Source of the DNA: an uncultured Bacteroidales bacterium
GTDB lineage: Bacteria > Bacteroidota > Bacteroidia > Bacteroidales > UBA4417
Direction: 5' to 3'
Assembly: GCA_903864265.1 (NCBI GenBank)
Contig: CAIPFN010000080.1
Coordinates: forward strand, 18,150 to 82,149
DNA: 64,000 nt
Part shown: piece after piece, positions 56,063-64,000 of the stretch
Layout: every line of letters starts with the position of its first letter
Numbering within the stretch: position 1 is the stretch's first letter
Program-made: the position numbers and the translations under genes
The notes under the pieces: model-generated
The model's database searches: none
What the model was told of the DNA's origin: nothing
Seen by the model: the letters and a program-made list of their open reading frames with translations, nothing else

Positions 56063-57283
56063 TTAGTCCTTCAGGCAACGAACGGAAAACCCATTCCTGA
56101 AACCATATGAGCTTCGGGCAACATAGTTACTATGGCTGTACAAACCTCTGTCCCAGACATTGTTGGCGTCGCTCAGGGTGGAGCTCCACCAGAAAGCATA
56201 AAAAGTATAGTAGTAATACACTCCTTCAACGGTGCGGCATCCAGCCGGTACGGCTGTAAAATGGGATGCATTTTGTTTGGCTGGATAATCGGGATTGCCT
56301 ACTGCGCCTACAACAATAGACGGATCCCAAAGTGCTGACGCTGCCAGAGATTTGGCGTATTTATTTCCTGCTGTAGTACCATCAAAATTGAAGGCATTAA
56401 AAGTAAGGTAGGTTTCCAGTTCCGTCCATTCGTCTTCGGAAGGTACATGCCAGCCTTTTGGGCATAACTTGCCGGTATTTACTGCATACCAGTTATACAA
56501 TCCGCCACATATGGGACCATAGTTGCCGGCATCATTTTTATACCAGCAAAAGGCAGGTGTGGTTAGGGCAGCCCAGTCGGTGCCCAGAGTTACTAAAGGA
56601 ATATCAGTGCCATCATTGAATTTGGTCGTTTTGAGGTTTTCTAACATCCAGGTTTGTGTGCCAATCGTAATGGTTTGATAAACGTTTCCATCGGCATCAG
56701 TTACGGTTAAGGGTATGGGAGCGGTAACATTAATAGTTACGGTTTTACTTGTTGTATTATAATTCGCCAAATCAGCCGGTGTAAAATCAACTTTCAGATT
56801 CTGATTGGCTCCCTCATTTAATTTTGTCCCTTCAGCAGGCGTATAAACAAATGTGCCAGCTACGTCGGCAGTGGCATTTAATTGTGTGGAACTAAGCAAG
56901 GTACCAAAACTAATGTCTGTCGGATTGGCCCAGCTTAGTACCGGGTCCTTTTTGGCAAGCACATTAATCTTTACTGTTTTACTCACCGGATTGTAATGTG
57001 ATGCATCCGTTGGAGTGAATGCCACTTCCAGTTCCTTGTTCATACCTGTAGTCAGGGCCGTTCCTATATCAGGGGTATACACAAAAGAGCCTGCTACATC
57101 AGCTGTGGCATTTAACTGGCTTATACTTAAAAGAGTTCCGGCTGTGATATCAGCCGGGCTGGCCCATGTGATAACCGGATCCTTCTTCGTGATAGTTTCA
57201 TCCTTTTTACAACTGAATGCAATAAATAATACCAGTCCCGTCAAAATTAAGGGGTGACTAAGCTGCCTTTTCAAATTTTTCAT
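56063..57283 (-). CDS. FISUMP-domain lipoprotein with two N-terminal Ig-like repeats
   Basis: Lipobox (LFIAFSC|KKDE), a duplicated ~95-aa module (DPV(I/L)(T/S)WA.P.DI..GTLLS..QLNATADVAG(S/T)FVYTP) and a C-terminal FISUMP domain (DADGNVYQTITIGTQTWMLENL, CPKGWHVPSEDEW). Confidence 0.85.
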   Translation of the reverse strand: MKNLKRQLSHPLILTGLVLFIAFSCKKDETITKKDPVITWASPADITAGTLLSISQLNATADVAGSFVYTPDIGTALTTGMNKELEVAFTPTDASHYNPVSKTVKINVLAKKDPVLSWANPTDISFGTLLSSTQLNATADVAGTFVYTPAEGTKLNEGANQNLKVDFTPADLANYNTTSKTVTINVTAPIPLTVTDADGNVYQTITIGTQTWMLENLKTTKFNDGTDIPLVTLGTDWAALTTPAFCWYKNDAGNYGPICGGLYNWYAVNTGKLCPKGWHVPSEDEWTELETYLTFNAFNFDGTTAGNKYAKSLAASALWDPSIVVGAVGNPDYPAKQNASHFTAVPAGCRTVEGVYYYYTFYAFWWSSTLSDANNVWDRGLYSHSNYVARSSYGFRNGFSVRCLKD

Positions 57284-57768
57284 AATTATTGGTTTTGGTT
57301 TAATAACATTTATTGATAGTTGGTTTTGATTGATTCAGATTGATATCGGCAATCCATTGAAATGAATGCTTTAGCGGGCAAGGACTACGGGAACTTATTC
57401 AATTGGGAGATGTGGCAGGAGACAAGGAAGTGCACTCAGCCGGCAGGTAAAGTAGTGATAACAGACTAATTCTGTTATGTTTGAGTTTCAAATATGTGTA
57501 AATACAAGTAATATTTTTGAGCACCGGGAAGTGTGATATTTTGAAACTATAAACAAAGAACGATTTGAGGGTTAGGCTCTGTTTTTAAGATTCCGGAACT
57601 CATCTGATTCCGATTTTCACCGTAAATTTACTTCAGCCTGCAGAAATGGCGAAGATGTATTACACTTCAGGTAGAAATTGATGGACAACACGACTGATAT
57701 TCTTGATGTACTAAAAATCAATCCGTTGAAAAATGATGTAAATTGCAGTTGTTTTAATTGAAACTTCT

Positions 57769-58818
57769 ATGAGCCGGAAAATCACAGGTATGGAGTTCGG
57801 GATATATCTGCTTTTGTGGATTGTTCTGACTTTTTTTCTGTTATACCTGATCTTTGATTATCATGCGCCTTTTGTACAGCAATTTGTTGCCACACTGGTT
57901 GTTACAGGTTTTACCGCACTACCGGCTTACACCTCAGCCAAAATACTGGTCCCGAAGTTTCTGTACCATAAAAAAATTAAAATATTTATTGCCTTATTAT
58001 TGCTGATTGCCATTGTCAATACAATGCTAACTTATTTGATAGCCGGAGCATTTTATTTTTCACTGAGTGGGAAATCCATATTCAGGAGCATTGCCATTAT
58101 TCAGGTTGTTTCTTTGTCCTTTTTTATCATAAATTGTATTGTAATCGCAGTGAGCAGTGCAATTCAGATTATTATCGATCGCTTTGGCATGGAACAGCAC
58201 TTGCATGAAGTCGAAAATGAAAAAGTTAGCACAGAACTTGCCTTTCTGCGGGCTCAGGTAAATCCGCATTTTCTTTTTAATGTGCTGAATACTATCTACT
58301 TTCAGATTCAAAAGGAAAACAGTGAAGCCCGGAATTCGGTCGAGAAACTTTCGGAGATGCTGCGCTATCAACTGTATGAATGTACTTCCGATATGATTGA
58401 TATTTCGAAGGAACTGGCTTATATCGAAAATTATGTGGCTGTTCAGCAGCTTAGGATGGAAACCGGTACCGACCTGCAGTTGAAGATTCCTTCTGATATT
58501 GGCACATTTAAAATCGCCCCGCTTCTAATCCTTCCTCTGGTTGAAAACGCATTTAAATACATATCCAATTTTAAGGAACCGGCACATAACAAGCTTTATA
58601 TTGACATTCATACGGAGCAGGATTCACAATTTGTTGTTAAAGTATTAAATACATACAATTCGCTGGATCATACCGGGCAAATGCCCCATTCGAACGGACT
58701 TGGACTGCAGAATTTTGAGCGAAGGCTGGAATTGTTATATCCCGGTAAGCATACCATTGTCCGGAAACGTACAGAAAACACCTATGAAACAACCCTGAAA
58801 ATCCAATATCATGATTAA
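57769..58818 (+). CDS. sensor histidine kinase, LytS/YehU-type (His_kinase + HATPase)
   Basis: A multi-TM N-terminus followed by LRAQVNPHFLFNVLNTIY (LytS-type phosphoacceptor box) and an ATPase region. Confidence 0.85.
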   Translation: MSRKITGMEFGIYLLLWIVLTFFLLYLIFDYHAPFVQQFVATLVVTGFTALPAYTSAKILVPKFLYHKKIKIFIALLLLIAIVNTMLTYLIAGAFYFSLSGKSIFRSIAIIQVVSLSFFIINCIVIAVSSAIQIIIDRFGMEQHLHEVENEKVSTELAFLRAQVNPHFLFNVLNTIYFQIQKENSEARNSVEKLSEMLRYQLYECTSDMIDISKELAYIENYVAVQQLRMETGTDLQLKIPSDIGTFKIAPLLILPLVENAFKYISNFKEPAHNKLYIDIHTEQDSQFVVKVLNTYNSLDHTGQMPHSNGLGLQNFERRLELLYPGKHTIVRKRTENTYETTLKIQYHD

Positions 58819-59515
58819 CTGCCTGGTTGTAGATGACGAACCCATCGCCCGTGAAGGCATGATGGAATATGTAAGACAGGTCGATTATCTGAACGCGGTA
58901 GCCCAGTGTAAAAGTGCGGTCGAGGCCGCGGGTATGCTCCGAAAGAGCAATATTGACCTGATATTTATGGATATACAGATGCCCAAACTCAGCGGCATTG
59001 AGTTCGTAAAAGCATTGGCCGATCCTCCTCTTATCATTTTTACGACGGCCTACTCCGAATATGCTTTGGAAGGCTTTGAGCTGGATGTGGTTGATTACCT
59101 GCTGAAACCCATTTCGTTTGCCCGCTTCCTGAAAGCGGCCGAAAAGGCTCAAAGCTATCTGCACGCCAGGGATAAGGATGTAAGCATAAGTACTGATTTC
59201 TTTTTTATAAAATGCAACGGTAAAATTGAAAAAATAATTATGGCTGATGTTATTTACATCGAAGCCATGGCCAATTATGTCATCATTCATACACGACATA
59301 AAAAGTACATCACTTATCTCACATTCACGGGTATTGCCGGGCAGTTGCCTGCTCAGCTATTTGTGCGTATACACAAATCGTATCTGGTTGCCATTTCGGC
59401 TATTCAAACTATCGATGGCAATGAGGTGATCACGGGATCAATCCGGCTGCCGTTGAGTAAAAACTACAGGAATGAGGTGATGAGCCGTATAGAACCGAAA
59501 CTTTTCAAAAGATGA
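58811..59515 (+). CDS. LytTR-family response regulator
   Basis: A receiver domain (VVDDEPIARE ... DLIFMDIQMP) plus a C-terminal LytTR DNA-binding domain. It overlaps the kinase gene by 8 nt. Confidence 0.9.
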   Translation: MINCLVVDDEPIAREGMMEYVRQVDYLNAVAQCKSAVEAAGMLRKSNIDLIFMDIQMPKLSGIEFVKALADPPLIIFTTAYSEYALEGFELDVVDYLLKPISFARFLKAAEKAQSYLHARDKDVSISTDFFFIKCNGKIEKIIMADVIYIEAMANYVIIHTRHKKYITYLTFTGIAGQLPAQLFVRIHKSYLVAISAIQTIDGNEVITGSIRLPLSKNYRNEVMSRIEPKLFKR

Positions 59516-59541
59516 TGGTCAAACGGAAAGTCCTGACGCGT

Positions 59542-62064
59542 TTATAAAATATATCTGGAGGGTGGCTCAGCGGGTCTTTTGGTCATATGATTCATCACCA
59601 TACGAATCTCCCCGTAACTCACATCCTCTCCCAAAACAGCCTTGGCTTCAGTCAGCGAGGTGTTCTCTGTCCTGACAAAATAGGCCCTGATCATTCCGAT
59701 CTTCTCCAATGGGATTAGCTTTTCAATATCCAGCTCACCGCTGGCCACAAAGCCGGCGAGATGGCCCTCTATGGTTGATGGTGCATAGGCTCTCTGTCGG
59801 GCAATTTCGGAAATGGTTTTTCCTTCCAAAAACAGCTCAAGACTTAATCGCTGCGATTCGCCTTTGGGTTTTTGTTTCGAAACAGGTTTCTCAACCGGTA
59901 ATTCAGCATCCAGTTTGCTTAAATGAGTCAGCTGCAGATATTCCCGTATCATTCCTATAATCTCAACCCCGTATTTCTGAACTTTTTTCTTCCCGAAACC
60001 CTTGATCTCTTTCAACTCAGGGATGGTAACCGGCAGCAGCTCCGCCAGGTCATACATGGTTTTTTGCGGCAGCACCATGTATATTGGAAGATCTTCCTCC
60101 TCAGCCATAGCGTCGCGCCACTCCCTGATCTGCTGTAACAAGGGTGAATCCGATTTGCTGCCCGTCGGACCAGGGATTTTTAATTTTGATTCCGGCTTAA
60201 GCTGTATTTTTTCGATTCCGGCTTTGGCTTTCGCATCCAGGTAAATTTTAACCGTAAACCCGGCAATACATGCTTTAAAACAGGCCGATTTTATGAACGC
60301 TTCCTGGTAAAGTATTTCAAAACTATCCTTCAGCAGCATCCGGATGGCCTTGTTGTCGGTTTCTATATCTGTATTTTGCAGAACACGGCAAATATGCTCA
60401 TCGGTTTTTCCGGCAAAATAGGTACAGGCTTTTTTAATACGTTCCTGCAAAGCTTCATACCCTTCAATCATAGGCTGCGTCAGCAGAAACTGTCCGATCT
60501 GTGGCCTAAACTTATCGGCCACGCCTATCAGTTCCGTATTCATGGCATTATACATGCCGTTAAAGGCTTCGGCCAGAGCAGGCCGCAACACATGGGCATT
60601 TTCCTTAATCAGTTTCTGGCAATGGTAAAAGCGACGCAGAATCAGCGAGAAATCCAGCAACTCGGCCAGCAGGGTCTGCTGATAGGCAATGCGCGAAGCC
60701 AAAAGCTCTTTTTCACCCGGGGGATTCATTTCGGCTTCGTCCGAAAACCCTTTTACACTCACGTCGCTTTTAATACAGGTTTGGGAAATGGGCGAACTCA
60801 ATACCATCCCCTCAAAAGTCTTGCAACGACTCAGCGCCACATATACCTGCCCGTGGGCAAAAGCCGCATTGGCATCGATGATCGCCTTCTCAAAAGTTAG
60901 TCCCTGACTTTTGTGAATGGTAATGGCCCAGGCTAATTTTAAAGGATATTGTATGAATTTACCGATCACCGTTTCGGTGATTGCTTTGGTTTCCTCGTTA
61001 ATGGCGTATTTGTTGTTTTCCCAGGCCAGGGGCTCCACCGGAATAACAGCGTAATCACCATCGCATTTTACATAAATTATATCATCCTCTATACGGGTAA
61101 TTGTTCCTATTTTGCCGTTATAAAACAGCTTTTCGCGCGAAATGTCGTTCTTCACAAACATCACCTGTGCGCCTTTTTTCAGTACCAGGTCGAAATCGGT
61201 GGGGTAAGCGTATTCGGGAAATTCGCCTTCCACCTCCGCCTTAAAATGAAAAGCATGTCCCTTCAGTTGGTTCAGTTTGCTTTCGTTGATGGCATTCGAC
61301 TGGTAGTTGTGCGTGGTGAGGGTAATATAGCCTTCGTCAGTGCCGGGATTAAATCCGGGAATATACCGCTGGTTCAGGTCATCGAGCGACTGCCGGTCAA
61401 TTTTGTTGTCACGCACCTTGTTCAACAGGCTGATAAATACATCATCACTCTGACGGTAGATATGTTTCAGCTCAATGGTGGTGAAGTCGGTTTTTTGCAG
61501 GGCCCGGCTGCCGAAAAAGAAAATGGTGTCGTAATAGGGCCGGAGCATTTCCCATTCGTCGTCTTTGGCCACGGGGGCCAGTTGTTGCAGGTCGCCAATC
61601 ATAAGCAGCTGCACGCCTCCGAAAGGCTTGTAGCGGTCCCTGAATCTGCGCAATACCTCATCAATGGCATCCAGTAAATCGGCCCGCACCATGCTGATTT
61701 CATCAATCACCAGCAGGTCAAGACTTTTCATGATGTTTATCTTCTCGCGGCTGAAACGCTGTGCGCGGTCGAAGGCATTTTTCTGTATTTGAACGCTATC
61801 GCTGTTTGGCCGGGCATCCTGCTCCGGGATATGTGGCCCGAATGCCATCTGGAAAAACGAGTGTATGGTCACCCCACCGGCATTAATGGCCGCCACCCCG
61901 GTTGGAGCAACTACAATCATACGCTTGGGTGAAATGGTTTTCAGGTTGCGTAAAAAGGTAGTCTTGCCGGTTCCCGCTTTCCCGGTCAGGAACAGGTTGG
62001 TATTGGTTTGCTCCACAAAGTCAAACGCCAGTTGAAGTTGCAGATTCGGGATTTCCTGGGTCAT
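59542..62064 (-). CDS. PIF1/RecD-like SF1 helicase with C-terminal HRDC-like and HTH domains
   Basis: Walker A GKAGTGKTT, motif Ia VAPTGVAA, Walker B LVIDEISMV, GDLQQLAPV and TIHKSQGLTF. These are followed by an HRDC-like segment (LLQQIREWRD...VLPQKTMYDL...IKGFGKKKVQKYG) and an HTH-like tail. Confidence 0.85.
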   Translation of the reverse strand: MTQEIPNLQLQLAFDFVEQTNTNLFLTGKAGTGKTTFLRNLKTISPKRMIVVAPTGVAAINAGGVTIHSFFQMAFGPHIPEQDARPNSDSVQIQKNAFDRAQRFSREKINIMKSLDLLVIDEISMVRADLLDAIDEVLRRFRDRYKPFGGVQLLMIGDLQQLAPVAKDDEWEMLRPYYDTIFFFGSRALQKTDFTTIELKHIYRQSDDVFISLLNKVRDNKIDRQSLDDLNQRYIPGFNPGTDEGYITLTTHNYQSNAINESKLNQLKGHAFHFKAEVEGEFPEYAYPTDFDLVLKKGAQVMFVKNDISREKLFYNGKIGTITRIEDDIIYVKCDGDYAVIPVEPLAWENNKYAINEETKAITETVIGKFIQYPLKLAWAITIHKSQGLTFEKAIIDANAAFAHGQVYVALSRCKTFEGMVLSSPISQTCIKSDVSVKGFSDEAEMNPPGEKELLASRIAYQQTLLAELLDFSLILRRFYHCQKLIKENAHVLRPALAEAFNGMYNAMNTELIGVADKFRPQIGQFLLTQPMIEGYEALQERIKKACTYFAGKTDEHICRVLQNTDIETDNKAIRMLLKDSFEILYQEAFIKSACFKACIAGFTVKIYLDAKAKAGIEKIQLKPESKLKIPGPTGSKSDSPLLQQIREWRDAMAEEEDLPIYMVLPQKTMYDLAELLPVTIPELKEIKGFGKKKVQKYGVEIIGMIREYLQLTHLSKLDAELPVEKPVSKQKPKGESQRLSLELFLEGKTISEIARQRAYAPSTIEGHLAGFVASGELDIEKLIPLEKIGMIRAYFVRTENTSLTEAKAVLGEDVSYGEIRMVMNHMTKRPAEPPSRYIL

Positions 62065-62228
62065 TTGAAGCGTTTAGGATAAAATTTGGGGCGATTGGGT
62101 AAATTAAGTGATCAGAGGATGCACAGCATCTTTTGCCGGAATAAACAAGGCAGGGACAAATGCGTTCAAAACTAACTGAGCGAAAATACGAAATTATTCC
62201 GGATGGTCTTTGGGTCAGGGGTTAAAGA

Positions 62229-63168
62229 AATGAGGCAGAATTGGAGACCAGGGTTTTGGTAGGAGTGTGTCTGCACACCTGAGTGCCGGAAAACTCTGAA
62301 CTCAAGCACCATTTAGTTGCACGAAGGGTGTCTGACACACGTATCACGGCATCAGGCAGCCTGCTGTGTGTCTGTACACCTGAGTGCCGGGAAGGCCTGA
62401 ATTCAAGCGCCATTTAGTTGCACGAAGGGTGTCTGACACACGTATCACGGCATCAGGCAGCCTGCTGTGTGTCTGCACACCTGAGTGCCGGAAAACTCTG
62501 AACTCAAGCACCATTTAGTTGCACGAAGGGTGTCTGACACACGGATCACAACAGCATAAGTCAGACCCCAGTGTGTCTGCACACCTGAGTGCCGGGAAAG
62601 CCTGAACTCAAGCACCATTTAGTTGCACGAAGGGTGTCTGACACACGTATCACGGCTTCAGGCAGACATGCTGTGTGTCTGTACACCTGCGTGCGGGGAA
62701 AGCCTGAATTCAAGCACCATTTAGTTGCACGAAGGGTGTCTGACACACGAATCACGGCTTCAGGCAGACATGCTGTGTGTCTGTACACCTGAGTGTTGGG
62801 AAAGATTGAGTTCAAGCACCCTTTAGTTGCACGAAGGGTGTCTGACACACGGATCACGGCATAAAGCAGACCCCAGTGTGTCTGTACACCTGAGTGCGGG
62901 GAAAGCCTGAATTCAAGCACCGTTTAGTTGCACGAAGGGTGTCTGACACACGGATCACGACATAAGGCAGACTTTGGAGTGTTTGTACACCTGAGTGCGG
63001 GGAAAGTCTGAATTCAAGCACCATTTAGTTGCACGAAGGGTGTCTGACACACGGATCACGACATAAGGCAGACCCCAGTGTGCCTGTACACCTGAGTGCC
63101 GGAAAAGTCTGAACTCAAGCACCGTTTAGTTGCACGAAGGGTGTCTGACACACGAATCCGTGTGCACC
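62229..63168. repeat. tandem array of 9 units of 101-104 bp, each with two GTGTCTG-N-ACAC palindromic cores
   Basis: Unit starts are at 62265, 62366, 62467, 62571, 62673, 62775, 62876, 62977 and 63078. About 75 nt of each unit is conserved (GTGTGTCTGYACACCTGAGTGCSGG...CAAGCACCATTTAGTTGCACGAAGGGTGTCTGACACACG), followed by a ~25 nt more variable tail. Confidence 0.95.
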
Positions 63169-63220
63169 TATACCTTGATACCTGGCCTTCTGTTTAGCCT
63201 GGCATCCTCCAACCGCGAAG

Positions 63221-64000
63221 CTACTCAGCCGAATAATAATCCCGCGGAAGCAGATGGTTCAGGTTGGCAATCCCCAGCACGACTATAGCGGTAACTATGG
63301 AAGTATGTTCCTGGTATTCGGGGATGCTTTTGTTATACAGATCGCGTTCGGTGTGCCAGATCTCCCCATAATTGAAATTGTAGCCTTTAGTGTCTTCTGT
63401 CCCGAAGGTCATGGTGGGCACAGCTTCAACGGCAAATGAACCTGCATCCGTCCCGGCGGCAACCTTCGGACGGGGTTTCAATTCACGCTTTTTAAGCGTA
63501 AACGGGAAGTCGGAATTAATGCTGTTCAAGGGTTCACATATTTTCTCCACATCGTCCCACCAGGTTTCGGGCACACTCAGGCTGTTGGCTACGGTAGGCC
63601 CGCCGTCGCGGTTAAACATATTGGAAATATTTTTCAGCTTGTCAGGATTGCGTTTTACCCAGCTCTTCGAGCCCAACAGTCCGAACTCCTCGCCGGCCCA
63701 TAAGCAAACCAGTATGGTCCGTTTGGGTTTCCCGCCGGCTTTCATAATCATCCGGGCCGCTTCCATGGTAGGGGTGGCTCCCGAGCCGTCGTCCACGCCG
63801 CCGGTGCCCACATCATAAGCATCCAGGTGGCCACTCATCAGCACATATTCATCTGGGTATTTTGTACCGGGAATACTCCCGATCACGTTATAATATTTTA
63901 CCGGGCCCGGTTTAAAATGATTGCGGATATCGAATTCGAGGAAGAAATTCCTGCGCTCTTTCGTCATTTGTTCGATGGTGGCATATTGATGTTCGTCCAG
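63221..64000 (-). CDS. M28 family aminopeptidase (N-terminus outside window)
   Basis: The frame stays open through 64000. The metal-ligand contexts SGHLDAYDVGTGGVDDGSG and WAGEEFGLLGS are typical of M28 peptidases. Confidence 0.85.
   Translation of the reverse strand: MDEHQYATIEQMTKERRNFFLEFDIRNHFKPGPVKYYNVIGSIPGTKYPDEYVLMSGHLDAYDVGTGGVDDGSGATPTMEAARMIMKAGGKPKRTILVCLWAGEEFGLLGSKSWVKRNPDKLKNISNMFNRDGGPTVANSLSVPETWWDDVEKICEPLNSINSDFPFTLKKRELKPRPKVAAGTDAGSFAVEAVPTMTFGTEDTKGYNFNYGEIWHTERDLYNKSIPEYQEHTSIVTAIVVLGIANLNHLLPRDYYSAE

Noticed and set aside
62222-62920. ORFs 62222..62413(-), 62561..62920(-) and 62589..62792(+) inside the tandem array (repeat peptide RVSDTLRATKWCL...)
   Set aside because: Unit lengths of 101-104 nt are mostly not multiples of 3, so the frame is kept only across the 102-nt units. 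There is no start context, and ORFs occur on both strands. Coding is unlikely.
62229-63168. Reading the 101-bp array as a CRISPR locus
   Set aside because: The conserved part is about 75 nt and the would-be spacers (about 25 nt) are homologous to each other. No cas genes or leader are present in the window, and the repeats contain paired internal palindromes unlike CRISPR repeats.
1-64000. tRNA, rRNA, tmRNA or integrase-bounded mobile elements
   Set aside because: No cloverleaf-like or rRNA-like sequence was seen in the gene-free gaps. No integrase or intact transposase is present; only the RAYT-like remnant is.

Overview
This is a chromosomal segment of a Bacteroidota-type genome. The evidence is T9SS C-terminal sorting domains, gingipain-like C25 peptidases, a TonB-dependent receptor with a CarboxypepD_reg-like N-terminus, a PafA-type phosphatase, FISUMP lipoproteins and TAnnTTTG-type promoter boxes. 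About 50 protein-coding genes are supported, and most are housekeeping: manA, lipA, lipB, a LOG-family protein, dCMP deaminase, an APC permease, dxs, a complete suf operon (sufB-C-D-S-E plus a DUF59 protein), thiL, uvrC, rbfA, an MsbA-like ABC exporter, an M20 amidohydrolase translationally coupled to mtnA, and tag. Accessory content comprises two tandem ~1300-aa C25 peptidases with T9SS domains, and a visibly A+T-richer block (52.1-59.5 kb) holding two FISUMP lipoproteins, two T9SS cargo proteins and a LytTR two-component system. It also includes a ParE/RelE toxin-antitoxin pair, a decayed Bro-N-like gene, a decayed RAYT/IS200-like transposase remnant, and a PIF1-like helicase with HRDC and HTH tails. 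I found no rRNA, tRNA, CRISPR array or cas genes. The most unusual content is non-coding. (1) A dispersed family of phase-perfect heptanucleotide tandem arrays, (GGATGTS)n with companion modules (CCGGAAC)n and (CACTATT)n, occurs at 7 loci. Five arrays physically touch a stop codon, one sits inside the suf operon, and two inverted pairs bracket single genes (lipB, rbfA). (2) A ~0.9 kb tandem array of nine ~101-bp units is built from paired GTGTCTG-N-ACAC palindromes. A solo copy lies at 552-621, which suggests a REP/BIME-like element family. All functional readings of these repeats are inference and need genome-wide and transcript-level checks.
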